A DNA stretch of 64,000 bases from Candidatus Nanoarchaeia archaeon (GCA_028279685.1 JANQNG010000002.1:11922-75921), one strand, 5' to 3'. Positions 19,271-28,726 are shown, counted from the first letter of the stretch. Numbers and translations: made by a program. The notes: a model not told the origin generated them from the letters alone.

Positions 19271-20991
19271 TTTTTTAGCTGCAACCCTAACTCATCTAAC
19301 TGTTCTTTTTTCACACCAGAAGGAGCACCCATCATAAGATCTTCTGCATTCTTGGTCTTTGGGAATGCTATTACATCTCGTATTGACTCTCCTCCAGACA
19401 TCAACATAACTAAACGATCAAAGCCAAATGCAATACCTCCGTGTGGAGGAGCTCCATATTGTAATGCTTCGATCAAAAAACCAAATTTCTCATTTGCCTC
19501 TTTCTCTGATAAGCCTAACTTCTCGAATACCTTCTTCTGTATATGCATATCATGTATCCTTATAGAGCCTCCTGCAATTTCAAATCCATTCAACGTAAGA
19601 TCATAACCAAGACTTTGTATTTCTGCCAGCTCTCCGTCAAGTTCTTCCGCATCACTAATCTTTGGCATAGTGAAAGGATGATGCATACTCACATATCTTT
19701 CATCTTCTTCATTCCATTCAAACATTGGAAAATCTGTGACCCAACAAAACTGCCATTCCTCTTTCACAAGATTCAATTTATTTGCAAGTTCAATACGCAA
19801 AGCACCTAATGCTTCACAAGTAATAAGCCATTCATCAGCTACAAAAAATACAGTCTCTCCTTTTTGCAGATTCAACTTTTCAATCAGTTCTTTCTTTACA
19901 CTATCAAGGAATTTTGCAACACCACCTTCTAAATCATTGTCGTATTTCACCCAAGCTAATCCTTTTGCTTTATGCACTTTCACCACATCAGTAAGCTTAT
20001 CTATCTCTTTCCTCGAGAAATCATTTTTTACCTTAATACACTTGACTGTTTTCGCATTTTTGAAGACGTTGAACTCTGTTTTCTTCATTATATCAGTAAC
20101 ATCATACAATTCAAGATCAAATCGCAGATCAGGCTTATCACTGCCATAAATATTCATCGCATCTTTATAGCTCATACGCTGGAATGGTATGCTGATATCC
20201 TCGCCAAAGATCTCCTTCCAAAGATATTTCATGAATTTTTCATTTATGCCAATAATATCATCTTGCTCAATAAAACTCATCTCTAAATCAATTTGCGTAA
20301 ATTCTGGCTGGCGATCTTTTCTGAGATCTTCATCTCTAAAACACTTTACAATCTGCACATATTTATCATATCCTGCAATCATAAATAATTGTTTGAAAAT
20401 CTGAGGAGACTGAGGTAATGCATAAAACATACTTTTGTTAATTCTGCTAGGCACAAGATAATCACGCGCACCCTCTGGGGTCGATTTGCCAAGTATAGGT
20501 GTTTCAAGTTCAATAAATTCCTCTTTATTGAAGAAATCTCTCGTAGCTTTAAGGACCTTACTTCGGAGCATCAAAGTATCTTGCATTGGCCTTCTTCTCA
20601 GATCAAGATAGCGATGTTTCAATCTTGTATCTTCAGTCATTTCAGTATTGCCTTCAATATCAATAGGCATTTGTTTTGCAGTACTTAATACTCTTACTTC
20701 TCCATGAATCTCTATAGCTCCTGTTGCTATTTTTTTATTCGGTTGAGGTTTCTTTTTCACAACTCCTTGCACCTGAATAACAAACTCTCTCTTAATATCT
20801 CCTTCTTTAATATTCTCCGCAACTATTTGTGTGATCCCATAACGATCTCTGAGATCTATAAACGTCACATTACCATGATATCTCATAGAATGGATCCATC
20901 CAGCTAGCATAACTGCCTTTCCTTCATCTTTGATTCGCAATTCCCCGCAGGTATGTGTTCGATACATGGAATAAGAGATATGAATGCTCAT
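19267..20991 (-). CDS. aspS: aspartyl-tRNA synthetase, bacterial type with GAD insertion domain
   Basis: N-terminal OB anticodon-binding domain, class II motifs (FRDEDLRKDRQPEFTQIDLEMSF; GGSIRIHD...; GAPPHGGIAFGFDRL), and a ~574 aa length with an insertion between motifs 2 and 3. Confidence 0.9.
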   Translation of the reverse strand: MSIHISYSMYRTHTCGELRIKDEGKAVMLAGWIHSMRYHGNVTFIDLRDRYGITQIVAENIKEGDIKREFVIQVQGVVKKKPQPNKKIATGAIEIHGEVRVLSTAKQMPIDIEGNTEMTEDTRLKHRYLDLRRRPMQDTLMLRSKVLKATRDFFNKEEFIELETPILGKSTPEGARDYLVPSRINKSMFYALPQSPQIFKQLFMIAGYDKYVQIVKCFRDEDLRKDRQPEFTQIDLEMSFIEQDDIIGINEKFMKYLWKEIFGEDISIPFQRMSYKDAMNIYGSDKPDLRFDLELYDVTDIMKKTEFNVFKNAKTVKCIKVKNDFSRKEIDKLTDVVKVHKAKGLAWVKYDNDLEGGVAKFLDSVKKELIEKLNLQKGETVFFVADEWLITCEALGALRIELANKLNLVKEEWQFCWVTDFPMFEWNEEDERYVSMHHPFTMPKISDAEELDGELAEIQSLGYDLTLNGFEIAGGSIRIHDMHIQKKVFEKLGLSEKEANEKFGFLIEALQYGAPPHGGIAFGFDRLVMLMSGGESIRDVIAFPKTKNAEDLMMGAPSGVKKEQLDELGLQLKK

Positions 20992-21084
20992 TAAAAAAGC
21001 TTTGCCTGTTCTAGATTGATAAATATTCTACAGAAAAGAGGTAACAAGGCTCAGATTTATATATATTAATTGAATCCCTCTTCT

Positions 21085-21831
21085 ATGAAAAAAACACTAA
21101 AGAAATTGAAAAGAACGCTTTTTCCCGAGGAACATAGAGAAGAACAAAAGAATACCATAAGCACTCTTGATCAATTTGTCATGAATATGAATACTGGTTT
21201 ACTGTTATCAAAAAAAGAATCACTCAGCAATCTTGAAAGAGGCTTAATTGAACTAACAAATGGTCGCAGACATAGATCGAATGGATTGCTTATCACTGAA
21301 AATGGCTATTTTCTAACAGCAAGACATTGCCTTGAAAAAAAGAAATCTCCAAAAACAATACGTACTCATGATGGCAGAAAATATAATATTGAAAAAGTAT
21401 GTGTAAATGCAAAAAAATATGATCTCTGCTTAGCCAAAGCAAATATTCCTGGTAGACCAATCCCCTTCTTATACAAGATCTATAACACAAATAATCTAAA
21501 AGGAACTAGCATTATGCTACATACAAGAGAAAGTAGAGAAATAAAGAAAAAAAGTGGTTTTGTAACCTTCTATATTATGGGAAAAAATACTGAAAACTAT
21601 GTTGAGAACACTGATTTTTTTATCAATCATATGGAGTTACGTCCAGGAGATTCAGGAGGCATATTGACAAATCCTGATGGAGAGCTTATTGGCATAGCAG
21701 TCGCCACCATACAAAATAAAACAAAAATGATGGATTACACTAATGAGGGGTGGGGAGTCAGAATTGTAGCAGGATTAGATGTTATAGAATACTATAGATC
21801 TATATTGGCTAATAGAATAAACCATTTCTGA
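21085..21831 (+). CDS. trypsin-like (S1/chymotrypsin-fold) serine protease
   Basis: Catalytic triad contexts TARHC (His), DLCL (Asp) and GDSGG (Ser). The ORF track starts at TTG 21070; the first ATG is at 21085. Confidence 0.75.
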   Translation: MKKTLKKLKRTLFPEEHREEQKNTISTLDQFVMNMNTGLLLSKKESLSNLERGLIELTNGRRHRSNGLLITENGYFLTARHCLEKKKSPKTIRTHDGRKYNIEKVCVNAKKYDLCLAKANIPGRPIPFLYKIYNTNNLKGTSIMLHTRESREIKKKSGFVTFYIMGKNTENYVENTDFFINHMELRPGDSGGILTNPDGELIGIAVATIQNKTKMMDYTNEGWGVRIVAGLDVIEYYRSILANRINHF

Positions 21832-21844
21832 TTATAAAATCCCA

Positions 21845-21925
21845 AAAGGCGCAGGCACAAAGCCCGCCACCTTCTGGGAAAAAGAGGTGAACAAGGGCAT
21901 TCAGAATTAACTTTGTGCCCTTGCC
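21845..21925. other. GC-rich structured intergenic element (candidate small RNA or terminator structure)
   Basis: GGCACAAAG (21853-61) is complementary to CTTTGTGCC (21911-19). A nested hairpin AAGGGCA-N16-TGCCCTT is present. Local GC is far above background. Confidence 0.25.
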
Positions 21926-22034
21926 AGTCATTAGGATTGGCCTAGATATATTTAAAGATTATTGTTTTGTAACCATTCTAGAATAGTATATAAACCAAGA
22001 GCAACTTTAAAAATCCTCTGAAACACCAAAATTC

Positions 22035-22511
22035 ATGACACACAAGACTTCACCAGAGCTCATAGAAAAGCGATTAAGAAGACATATTAGAGTGCATAAG
22101 CTCCTCCTTGATAGCAAACAAAAATACAACATATTCTCTGACGATTCTCTTGAGTTCCATACCGCAAAAAAGATGCTTGAGCGTATTTTCAAAGGAAGGC
22201 TGAAGCTCACTGAGGTGAAGAAGAAATCCAAAGGATGTATCATCCCTATTAGTCTCGAGGAATACATCTCATGGAAATTGAGTTATTACTTTGACAATAA
22301 GCCTTTTGATGAAGAGCACCATATATTTCTTCTCCAAAATATCCTTGAGGAAGAATTATTGATGTTGAAGAAGAAATATAAGCTCAAAGGTTCTTTACAG
22401 AAAACAAAATTCAAGAGAGAAAGAGTATTTATTGAAGCTATTGCTAAAGATTATCCTGAAGTGAAATTCGGGATGCTGAAGAGTATTGAACATGTTTTAA
22501 AATATCCGTGA
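22035..22511 (+). CDS. hypothetical basic protein
   Basis: 158 aa ORF; no motif identified. Confidence 0.4.
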   Translation: MTHKTSPELIEKRLRRHIRVHKLLLDSKQKYNIFSDDSLEFHTAKKMLERIFKGRLKLTEVKKKSKGCIIPISLEEYISWKLSYYFDNKPFDEEHHIFLLQNILEEELLMLKKKYKLKGSLQKTKFKRERVFIEAIAKDYPEVKFGMLKSIEHVLKYP

Positions 22512-22565
22512 TTTCTCCGAAAAAAACTACCACAGTATTATTAATAATTTAATAATAAGAAGTAG

Positions 22566-23606
22566 ATGAGCAAAACAATCGCAGTGGTGATTATTTTTGT
22601 ATCGCTGATAGTATATTCATTATGTTCTTTCAATGTAGTGGACCCCAGAGCATTGATTGACATTATCACACAAGAATATGACTTTTCAAAGCATATTCCC
22701 TATCACATTCCTGAAGAGAACGGCTCATATGAACTATATTTTTGCCCAAGAGAAGATTGTGAGCAGATTCTGTATGATAAATTAGAAGAACACAATGATA
22801 TCAAATGCGCTTTTTTCGATCTTGATCTGGAAAAAATTGTTGATATTTTGGTCATGAAGAATGCTTCCGTACTGATTGATGAAGAAGATTATCATAATAA
22901 TGAGCATTTGTACACTGATAATTTTATTAAGATAACATCTTCTGGATTGATGCACCATAAGTTTTGTATTTTAGATCAAGAGATTGTCATTATGGGTTCT
23001 ATGAATCCTACCTTTCGCGGAACGTATAAGAACAACAACAATTTGTTTGTAATAGAATCTAAGTATTTATCGCAGAATTATCTCAATGAATTCTATCACA
23101 TTATGAGTTATGAAGGCAAATACAGGACGGATGAGCAAGAGAAAACTTATCCTGTCATCAACCATAATAACTTCATCATTAAGAACTATTTCTGTCCAAG
23201 CGATAAATGTGAAGAAAAAGTCATCGAAGAGTTGAAGAAGGCAAAGCATTCAATTTATTTCATGACTTTTAGTTTCACAAGTGATGCAATAGGCGATTAT
23301 CTGATCAATAAGAAAGATGAATTAACTATCAAAGGAATATTCGAAAAAACGCAAGCAGGAGGAAAATATTCAGAATATCATAAGATGAAAAATGCCGATA
23401 TGGATGTAATTCTGGATGCGAATAAAGCCAATATGCATCACAAAGTATTCATTATCGATAATACCACAGCGATATTTGGAAGCTACAATCCTACAAAGAA
23501 CGGTAATGAGCGCAATGATGAGAATATATTGATTATCTCAAATGAAAATACCACATCAGAATTTCTATCAGAATTTGGCTTCCTGAGAGCTCAAAAAACC
23601 AAATAA
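22566..23606 (+). CDS. phospholipase D-family (HKD) nuclease/phosphodiesterase, membrane-anchored
   Basis: Two HxK(x)4D(x)6GSxN motifs, HHKFCILDQEIVIMGSMNPT and HHKVFIIDNTTAIFGSYNPT, plus an N-terminal TM helix. Confidence 0.8.
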   Translation: MSKTIAVVIIFVSLIVYSLCSFNVVDPRALIDIITQEYDFSKHIPYHIPEENGSYELYFCPREDCEQILYDKLEEHNDIKCAFFDLDLEKIVDILVMKNASVLIDEEDYHNNEHLYTDNFIKITSSGLMHHKFCILDQEIVIMGSMNPTFRGTYKNNNNLFVIESKYLSQNYLNEFYHIMSYEGKYRTDEQEKTYPVINHNNFIIKNYFCPSDKCEEKVIEELKKAKHSIYFMTFSFTSDAIGDYLINKKDELTIKGIFEKTQAGGKYSEYHKMKNADMDVILDANKANMHHKVFIIDNTTAIFGSYNPTKNGNERNDENILIISNENTTSEFLSEFGFLRAQKTK

Positions 23607-23650
23607 CATAACCACTCTCTAGTCGTCATTATAATAACGTTTATAAATTT

Positions 23651-24742
23651 ATGAACATTTCTCTCCCTATGAATGAAGAGCCCGTACATACAGAGACTAC
23701 TGCTGTACAGCCCTATCTAGGGCATAAGCCAACATCAACTTGGGAGAAAATTCTCTGGAGTATTGGCATTTTCAGTGCCAGAAAAATAGCAAAAAACAGA
23801 GCAAAGAAACTTGAGAGAATAATAGAAACTGAAGACCTCAGACTAGCAGAAGATTTGATGCACCTCTACGGTAAAAATAGTGTCCTTCTCGCCGATGATT
23901 ATGTAAGACTTGAACATCTTCTTGAACAAAAGAAAGGACATAGAAATTTCAACAATATGCTCGAAGAAGATAATGACGAAGGAGCCAGAACTCTTGTCAA
24001 TCAATGGAAAGAAAACGGAACCTATGCTATCGCAGATATAAAATCATTCGAAGAACGCCTTTACATAAGAAGCGAAGAAGGAATGTATAAATACTTCGTT
24101 GAATCATCAGGAAATGAAAAGATAAAAGTTGGACGAGAGTATATAGAAAGATTCAGCAGAGCAGATACTTTAGAACCTAATTCCAATCACCTTAGCGACG
24201 TATCCGAAGAAACTTTTCTTCTTGAACTTGATCTCCTATCAAACAGATTAGATAAAGGCACTTTTGAAAGAAACTACACATATATGATAGACGTAAGAGA
24301 TTTTTGGCGAAAAAATTCTCCCTCTCTTGAAAAAGGAAAAGGAGAATTATCCAATATCCTTAAGAACAAATCAGACGAATTTCTGGAAAAAGGAAGAATA
24401 AAGAAGGTGGGCCATATTAGCATCGGATCAAAAGTCAGAACGAAAATAAATCACTGGACTGATTATTCAAGTAGTTATTTAGGAGACAGAAATGCTGCGT
24501 TCCCTATAGGATCCTACGGAAAAGTAATAGATCTCCGCAATGATGTAGCATCTGTTGAATTCTCTGAGTGCAAAAGCGGAAGATGGCAAATGCGATTAAA
24601 ACGATGTACTCTTTCAAAAAGCATTAATAGTGCTGACTACGTATTAGGAGAGCTCATCCTCTTATCATCTTATTCTTCTGTGGAAACCATAAAATTCAGT
24701 AATGCTATTGATGAAATTATATCCATCATTAACAGGGAATAG
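23651..24742 (+). CDS. hypothetical protein
   Basis: 363 aa ORF; no motif identified. Confidence 0.45.
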   Translation: MNISLPMNEEPVHTETTAVQPYLGHKPTSTWEKILWSIGIFSARKIAKNRAKKLERIIETEDLRLAEDLMHLYGKNSVLLADDYVRLEHLLEQKKGHRNFNNMLEEDNDEGARTLVNQWKENGTYAIADIKSFEERLYIRSEEGMYKYFVESSGNEKIKVGREYIERFSRADTLEPNSNHLSDVSEETFLLELDLLSNRLDKGTFERNYTYMIDVRDFWRKNSPSLEKGKGELSNILKNKSDEFLEKGRIKKVGHISIGSKVRTKINHWTDYSSSYLGDRNAAFPIGSYGKVIDLRNDVASVEFSECKSGRWQMRLKRCTLSKSINSADYVLGELILLSSYSSVETIKFSNAIDEIISIINRE

Positions 24743-24839
24743 TGTAAAACTACGATAATTCTATGAGAAACTTTATAAATAACTGCAGGATATTCTCGGT
24801 AGGCAATTTTGCCAAAAGAATATGGAGATATGAAATACA

Positions 24840-25289
24840 ATGTATGGAAATAGTGGATTTGGAAATAGGTCTGGTGGTCGAGGAGGCTTCCAGCAAAGGT
24901 TTTCCCCGGTTAAAGAGGGAGAAGAATATAATGTGAAGATTGAGACGGTTGGCGAAAAAGGCGATGGTCTCGCAAGGATCAAAGGTCTTGTGATTTTTGT
25001 ACCTAACACACAAGCAAATGAAGAATGTAAGATCAAGATCACTCGAGTCTTGAAGAAGGTTGCTTTCGGCGATAAACTAGGCCCTGCTGATGGTCCTGTT
25101 GTTGTGGAAGATTCCAAAGATGAGAAGAAAGAAGAATCAACCGTAGAAGAGATTGAACAACCTCAAGAAGAAGAAACATACGACACAAGCAACGACAGTG
25201 AAAGCTTTGGTGACGAAGAAGGCGATGCTGAAGAAAGCACTGTAGAAGAAATTGAAGAACCTGCAGAAGATAAAAAGAAAGAGGAGTAA
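24840..25289 (+). CDS. TRAM-domain protein with an acidic C-terminal tail
   Basis: EYNVKIETVGEKGDGLARIKGLVIFVPNTQANEECKIKITRVLKKVAFG has a TRAM-like OB fold. The N-terminus is glycine-rich and the C-terminus is E/D-rich. Confidence 0.7.
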   Translation: MYGNSGFGNRSGGRGGFQQRFSPVKEGEEYNVKIETVGEKGDGLARIKGLVIFVPNTQANEECKIKITRVLKKVAFGDKLGPADGPVVVEDSKDEKKEESTVEEIEQPQEEETYDTSNDSESFGDEEGDAEESTVEEIEEPAEDKKKEE

Positions 25290-25343
25290 AATCCTCATTT
25301 TTTATTTCTAAACATTTATTAATAATAGCTTCTTGTCTTATTC

Positions 25344-25787
25344 ATGGCCGAGAAAATAGGTGTTGGCTTTGGTGTAATGGTTCTAAAAGATAATAAAGTA
25401 CTTCTAGGTAAAAGACATGACGACCCTGAGAAAGCAGATTCTCTGCTAGAAGGAGCCGGAAAATGGACAATGCCTGGAGGCAAATTGCATTTTGGAGAGA
25501 CTTTTGAAGAAGGTGCCATTAGAGAAACAAAAGAGGAGACAGGAATTACCTTGAAAAAAATGAAAGTCATCTGTATCAATAATGATATTGTAGAGAAAGC
25601 ACATTTTGTCACTATAGGAATATTATGTGAAGACTTCGAAGGAGAACCTCAAGTGCTAGAGCCAGATGAAATTACAGAATGGAAATGGTTTCCATTAGAC
25701 AAACTCCCCTCTCCTATGTATTTTCCATCAGAAAAAGTATTAAAAAATTATAAAGAAAAAAAATTTTATATAAGAAAAAATGATTAA
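25344..25787 (+). CDS. NUDIX hydrolase
   Basis: Nudix box GGKLHFGETFEEGAIRETKEETGI (Gx5Ex7REUxEExGU). Confidence 0.8.
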   Translation: MAEKIGVGFGVMVLKDNKVLLGKRHDDPEKADSLLEGAGKWTMPGGKLHFGETFEEGAIRETKEETGITLKKMKVICINNDIVEKAHFVTIGILCEDFEGEPQVLEPDEITEWKWFPLDKLPSPMYFPSEKVLKNYKEKKFYIRKND

Positions 25788-26373
25788 AGCTGTTATTTTT
25801 GATGTTGGAGGAGTTTTAGAAAAGAAAATTCATCAGAGAATCATAAAAGAATTAGCAGATAAGCATAATCTTGATTACGAATGTATGCTAAAGAATTCTG
25901 AACCTATTTTTCATGATGTTATGATAAATAAATTGACTGAATCACAATATTATGAATACGTCATAAAACACAATAATCTCCCTGTCGAAGTTGAAGAACT
26001 TACTAAAAGATGGAAAGATCTTACAGAGCCTATTGAAGGTAGTTGGGAGATTGTAAATGAATTAAAAGGAAAATACAAATTAGGAATAATTTCAGATATG
26101 GGGATTGAGTGGGCAGAATTTAGAGAAAACAAAAATAATTTGAGAGACATCTTTGATGTCATAATCTGGTCTTATGATGTAAAAACAAAAAAACCAGGAG
26201 AGAAAATATTCAAATATGCATTGGAAAAATTAAAACTTAAAGCAGAGGAATGTATTTTTATAGACGATTATGAAAAAAATATTGAAATCTCTAAGAAATT
26301 AGGAATAAAATCAATTCTTTTTGAGAACTCGGAACAATTAAGAAAAAAATTAAAAAAATTAATCAGCCTTTAA
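25780..26373 (+). CDS. HAD-superfamily hydrolase (subfamily IA-like)
   Basis: Motif I FDVGGVL (DxDG-like) and a distal IFIDD motif. It overlaps the upstream stop by 8 nt. Confidence 0.65.
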   Translation: MIKAVIFDVGGVLEKKIHQRIIKELADKHNLDYECMLKNSEPIFHDVMINKLTESQYYEYVIKHNNLPVEVEELTKRWKDLTEPIEGSWEIVNELKGKYKLGIISDMGIEWAEFRENKNNLRDIFDVIIWSYDVKTKKPGEKIFKYALEKLKLKAEECIFIDDYEKNIEISKKLGIKSILFENSEQLRKKLKKLISL

Positions 26374-27391
26374 ATTCTTCAAATTTTTCTTCTCTGACGA
26401 AGAATGCACATTCGTTGTCAGGTAAGTTAGGAGAATCGATTAACTTCGCTACTCTGCATCCTTTCTTTCCTTTACGTAAATAAATTCTAAAGGTCGATGC
26501 ATGCGCAACAATGTTTCCACCGATTGGCTTCGTTGGATCTCCAAAGAATTGCGCGGGATCGGCGCTTACTTGATTCGTCACAAAGATTGCTAAGTTATGC
26601 ATATCTGCTAATTTAGATAACACATGCATATGCTTGTTCAGTTTCTGTTGTCGTTCAGCTAATGTTCCTCTTCCAATAAACTCTGCTCTGAAATGTGCCG
26701 TCAAACTATCAACAATAACGAGTTTAACATCAAGCCCCTGATTGTTAATCAGATCAGTAACTTTTTCTGCTAACAACATCTGATGATCAGAGTTATATGC
26801 TCTTGCCACTTTGATACGTTTCAATATCTCTTGAGGATCAACATCAGCACCTTTTGCAAATTGTGCAATTCTTTCTGGCCTAAATGTGTTTTCTGTATCA
26901 ATATACACTACAGATCCTTCAGGGCACTGTTTCAACACTCTTACTGCAAGCAAATGTCCTACTTGTGTTTTTCCTGAGCCAAATTCTCCAAATGCTTCTG
27001 TGATAGCTCCTGTTTCAAAGCCACCTCCCATAAGTTCATTAAATGAATCAACTCCTGTCGTTATCTTGATAACTTTATCTCTTTTAGCCATCAATTCATC
27101 GCCTGAGAAGAATCCCATATCTAATGCTTCACGCGCTGCATGAATCATCTTCCTTGAAACACTCTCAGATACTCCTGAAGCTTCCACAAGCTCTCCAGGA
27201 GTAGCTACTGCTACAGCCATAACAGTGTCGAAGCCAGCTAGCATCAGCTTTTCAGCTGTTGCAGGCCCTACACCTGGCAGATCAGCTACCGTAATATCCT
27301 TTTGTTTGGACTCTTTCTTTGTGGTCTTAGCCTCTTTTTTAGGAGCTTTTTCAGGTTCCATTAATATTGCCTCTTGTTTCATGGTAATCAC
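26363..27391 (-). CDS. radA: DNA repair and recombination protein RadA
   Basis: N-terminal HhH (DLPGVGPATAEKLMLAGF), Walker A GEFGSGKTQ and Walker B LVIVDS; archaeal-type RecA-family length. Confidence 0.9.
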   Translation of the reverse strand: MITMKQEAILMEPEKAPKKEAKTTKKESKQKDITVADLPGVGPATAEKLMLAGFDTVMAVAVATPGELVEASGVSESVSRKMIHAAREALDMGFFSGDELMAKRDKVIKITTGVDSFNELMGGGFETGAITEAFGEFGSGKTQVGHLLAVRVLKQCPEGSVVYIDTENTFRPERIAQFAKGADVDPQEILKRIKVARAYNSDHQMLLAEKVTDLINNQGLDVKLVIVDSLTAHFRAEFIGRGTLAERQQKLNKHMHVLSKLADMHNLAIFVTNQVSADPAQFFGDPTKPIGGNIVAHASTFRIYLRKGKKGCRVAKLIDSPNLPDNECAFFVREEKFEEFKG

Positions 27392-27440
27392 CTTCCATTT
27401 ATGTTTTTTTTTATTTAGTTGTTTTTAATATAAGTTTAGG

Positions 27441-27474
27441 TAAAAAAATGAAAAAAATGACGGCTCATGCCGTG
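27441..27474 (-). terminator. hairpin (ACGGC-TCAT-GCCGT) followed by two T7 runs on the minus strand, downstream of the PC4-like gene
   Basis: Seen directly; oligo-T tracts are the archaeal termination signal. Confidence 0.35.
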
Positions 27475-27494
27475 ATCTTTACGATCTTTAAAAG

Positions 27495-27788
27495 CTAAGC
27501 TTCTACAGGTCCATTATCGGCAAAGCTGACATATTCATACGCTTTGTTCAGAACCAAGACCAATTTAGGCAGATCCATAGCACGCATGCTGTTCGTATTC
27601 TGCCATTCATCATTCTTATCCTTGTAGGATCTCTCTATCGAGACTGTCCTAAAAGAACTCTCTTTGCCGTCTTTGGTGACGGCATTGTTTTTCCAAATAG
27701 TTGCGCAGATTGCGCCAACTCTAAACTTTTTTTCAGGTGTATTCAGCTTTGCTGAATGCTCAGAAAATTTTTTTTCTGTTGTGTTCAT
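27495..27788 (-). CDS. PC4/YdbC-like single-stranded-DNA-binding protein (tentative)
   Basis: FRVGAICATIWKNN...SFRTVSIERSY...RAMDLPKL resembles a PC4-like fold. The likely start is MNTTEKKF. Confidence 0.35.
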   Translation of the reverse strand: MNTTEKKFSEHSAKLNTPEKKFRVGAICATIWKNNAVTKDGKESSFRTVSIERSYKDKNDEWQNTNSMRAMDLPKLVLVLNKAYEYVSFADNGPVEA

Positions 27789-27844
27789 GTAGAACACCTC
27801 CACTTGCTTTTCGCTTTTTGTTTCAACTAAACACATAGTGTGTT

Positions 27845-27960
27845 TAGTGTGGAGCCTCCGTTATAGGGCACAGCTACTTGTGCTGTAAGATCCCTCTCAC
27901 AGCACAGGTGCCTAGGAGACTGGACGTGAGGTAAGAACCTCGTTGCCGACGTTTTTCAGT
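27845..27960. other. GC-rich structured intergenic region (candidate ncRNA)
   Basis: The 8-bp stem TGTGCTGT/ACAGCACA is enclosed by GGCAC/GTGCC. An additional hairpin GAGGT-TCTT-ACCTC is present. A TATA-like TTTATATAT lies at 27992-28000. GC content is far above the ~33% background. Confidence 0.3.
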
Positions 27961-28035
27961 ACAGCAACAATACCTATAGAATCGTTCTCCTTTATATATC
28001 TCACAAGCCAATGTCCAGTGGGAAGTGGGTATTTT

Positions 28036-28060
28036 CCGGAAATCTTCCGGAAGAATACGG
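28036..28060. promoter_or_regulatory. two tandem self-complementary TTCCGGAA octamers (CTTCCGGAAG, TTTCCGGAAA)
   Basis: Seen directly; this is the same half-site family found in other intergenic regions of the window. Confidence 0.35.
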
Positions 28061-28073
28061 AAAGATTACGAAA

Positions 28074-28718
28074 TTAAAACTTCAAGAATTCCATAACTTT
28101 AGCGACGTGCTGTTCATCAATTACAAAGATAGTATCAGTCCAACAACTCATTGTTTCTACTATATTTATTCCTTTTTGAGCAAACAAACCATACAAATAC
28201 CCTACTATTCCTGGAGTATTTTCAAGATCTTCCGGACTTTTCAAAGTGATCATAGCATAGTTGTTGCTTACTTTAACTAAATTCTTTTTGAAAAGCGTTT
28301 CAATATCCTTCTGATATTTTTCAGTCGTTATTATAGTAAAGACTTTTGTTCCTTCGACTGCATAAAAGGTGTCTACTTTCGATCTTACTTCTTTCTCAAT
28401 ATCAATCAAATTATCTAAATATATTTTTTTATCAATTATTGCTACAAGTATTTTATTCTTAATCTCCAATGAACTTTTTTTCAAAACTGAAAGTATTTCT
28501 TTTTCCTTTATACTTTCTTTACTTGTTTTTTGAACATATCTTCTGCAAGCAACAAGTATTGCTTCTACTGATGTTTTTTTATCTACTCCTATCTCTTTTG
28601 CTATTTTTCTAGAAAGCTTCGAATAATTAACTAAGTCATTCTTCAAACAATCCTGAATACTAGGATGTTCTTCAATATATTTTCCTGCTAACTCAGCTGT
28701 CGAAGTCATAATGCCCAA
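28074..28718 (-). CDS. hypothetical protein with a C-terminal ACT-like domain (tentative)
   Basis: PGIVGYLYGLFAQKGINIVETMSCWTDTIFVI resembles the small-molecule-binding ACT fold. Confidence 0.35.
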   Translation of the reverse strand: MGIMTSTAELAGKYIEEHPSIQDCLKNDLVNYSKLSRKIAKEIGVDKKTSVEAILVACRRYVQKTSKESIKEKEILSVLKKSSLEIKNKILVAIIDKKIYLDNLIDIEKEVRSKVDTFYAVEGTKVFTIITTEKYQKDIETLFKKNLVKVSNNYAMITLKSPEDLENTPGIVGYLYGLFAQKGINIVETMSCWTDTIFVIDEQHVAKVMEFLKF

Positions 28719-28726
28719 AATAAAAG

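Noticed and set aside
24750-25117. Minus-strand ORFs 24750..25013 and 24773..25117 antisense to the TRAM-domain gene
   Set aside because: These are Pro/Ser-rich shadow frames of the GAA/GAG-rich acidic tail of the TRAM gene. The TRAM reading frame has a clear domain signature.
27837-28073. SRP (7S) RNA or RNase P RNA in the GC-rich island
   Set aside because: The structured part is too short (~120-240 nt) and the conserved domain IV GGAAG/AGCAG or P4/CR-I motifs are not present. It is kept only as an unclassified ncRNA candidate.
28011-28280. 89-aa plus-strand ORF spanning the intergenic GC-rich island and the 3' end of the ACT-like gene
   Set aside because: It runs antisense to a longer ORF and begins in the structured non-coding island, so it is probably spurious.
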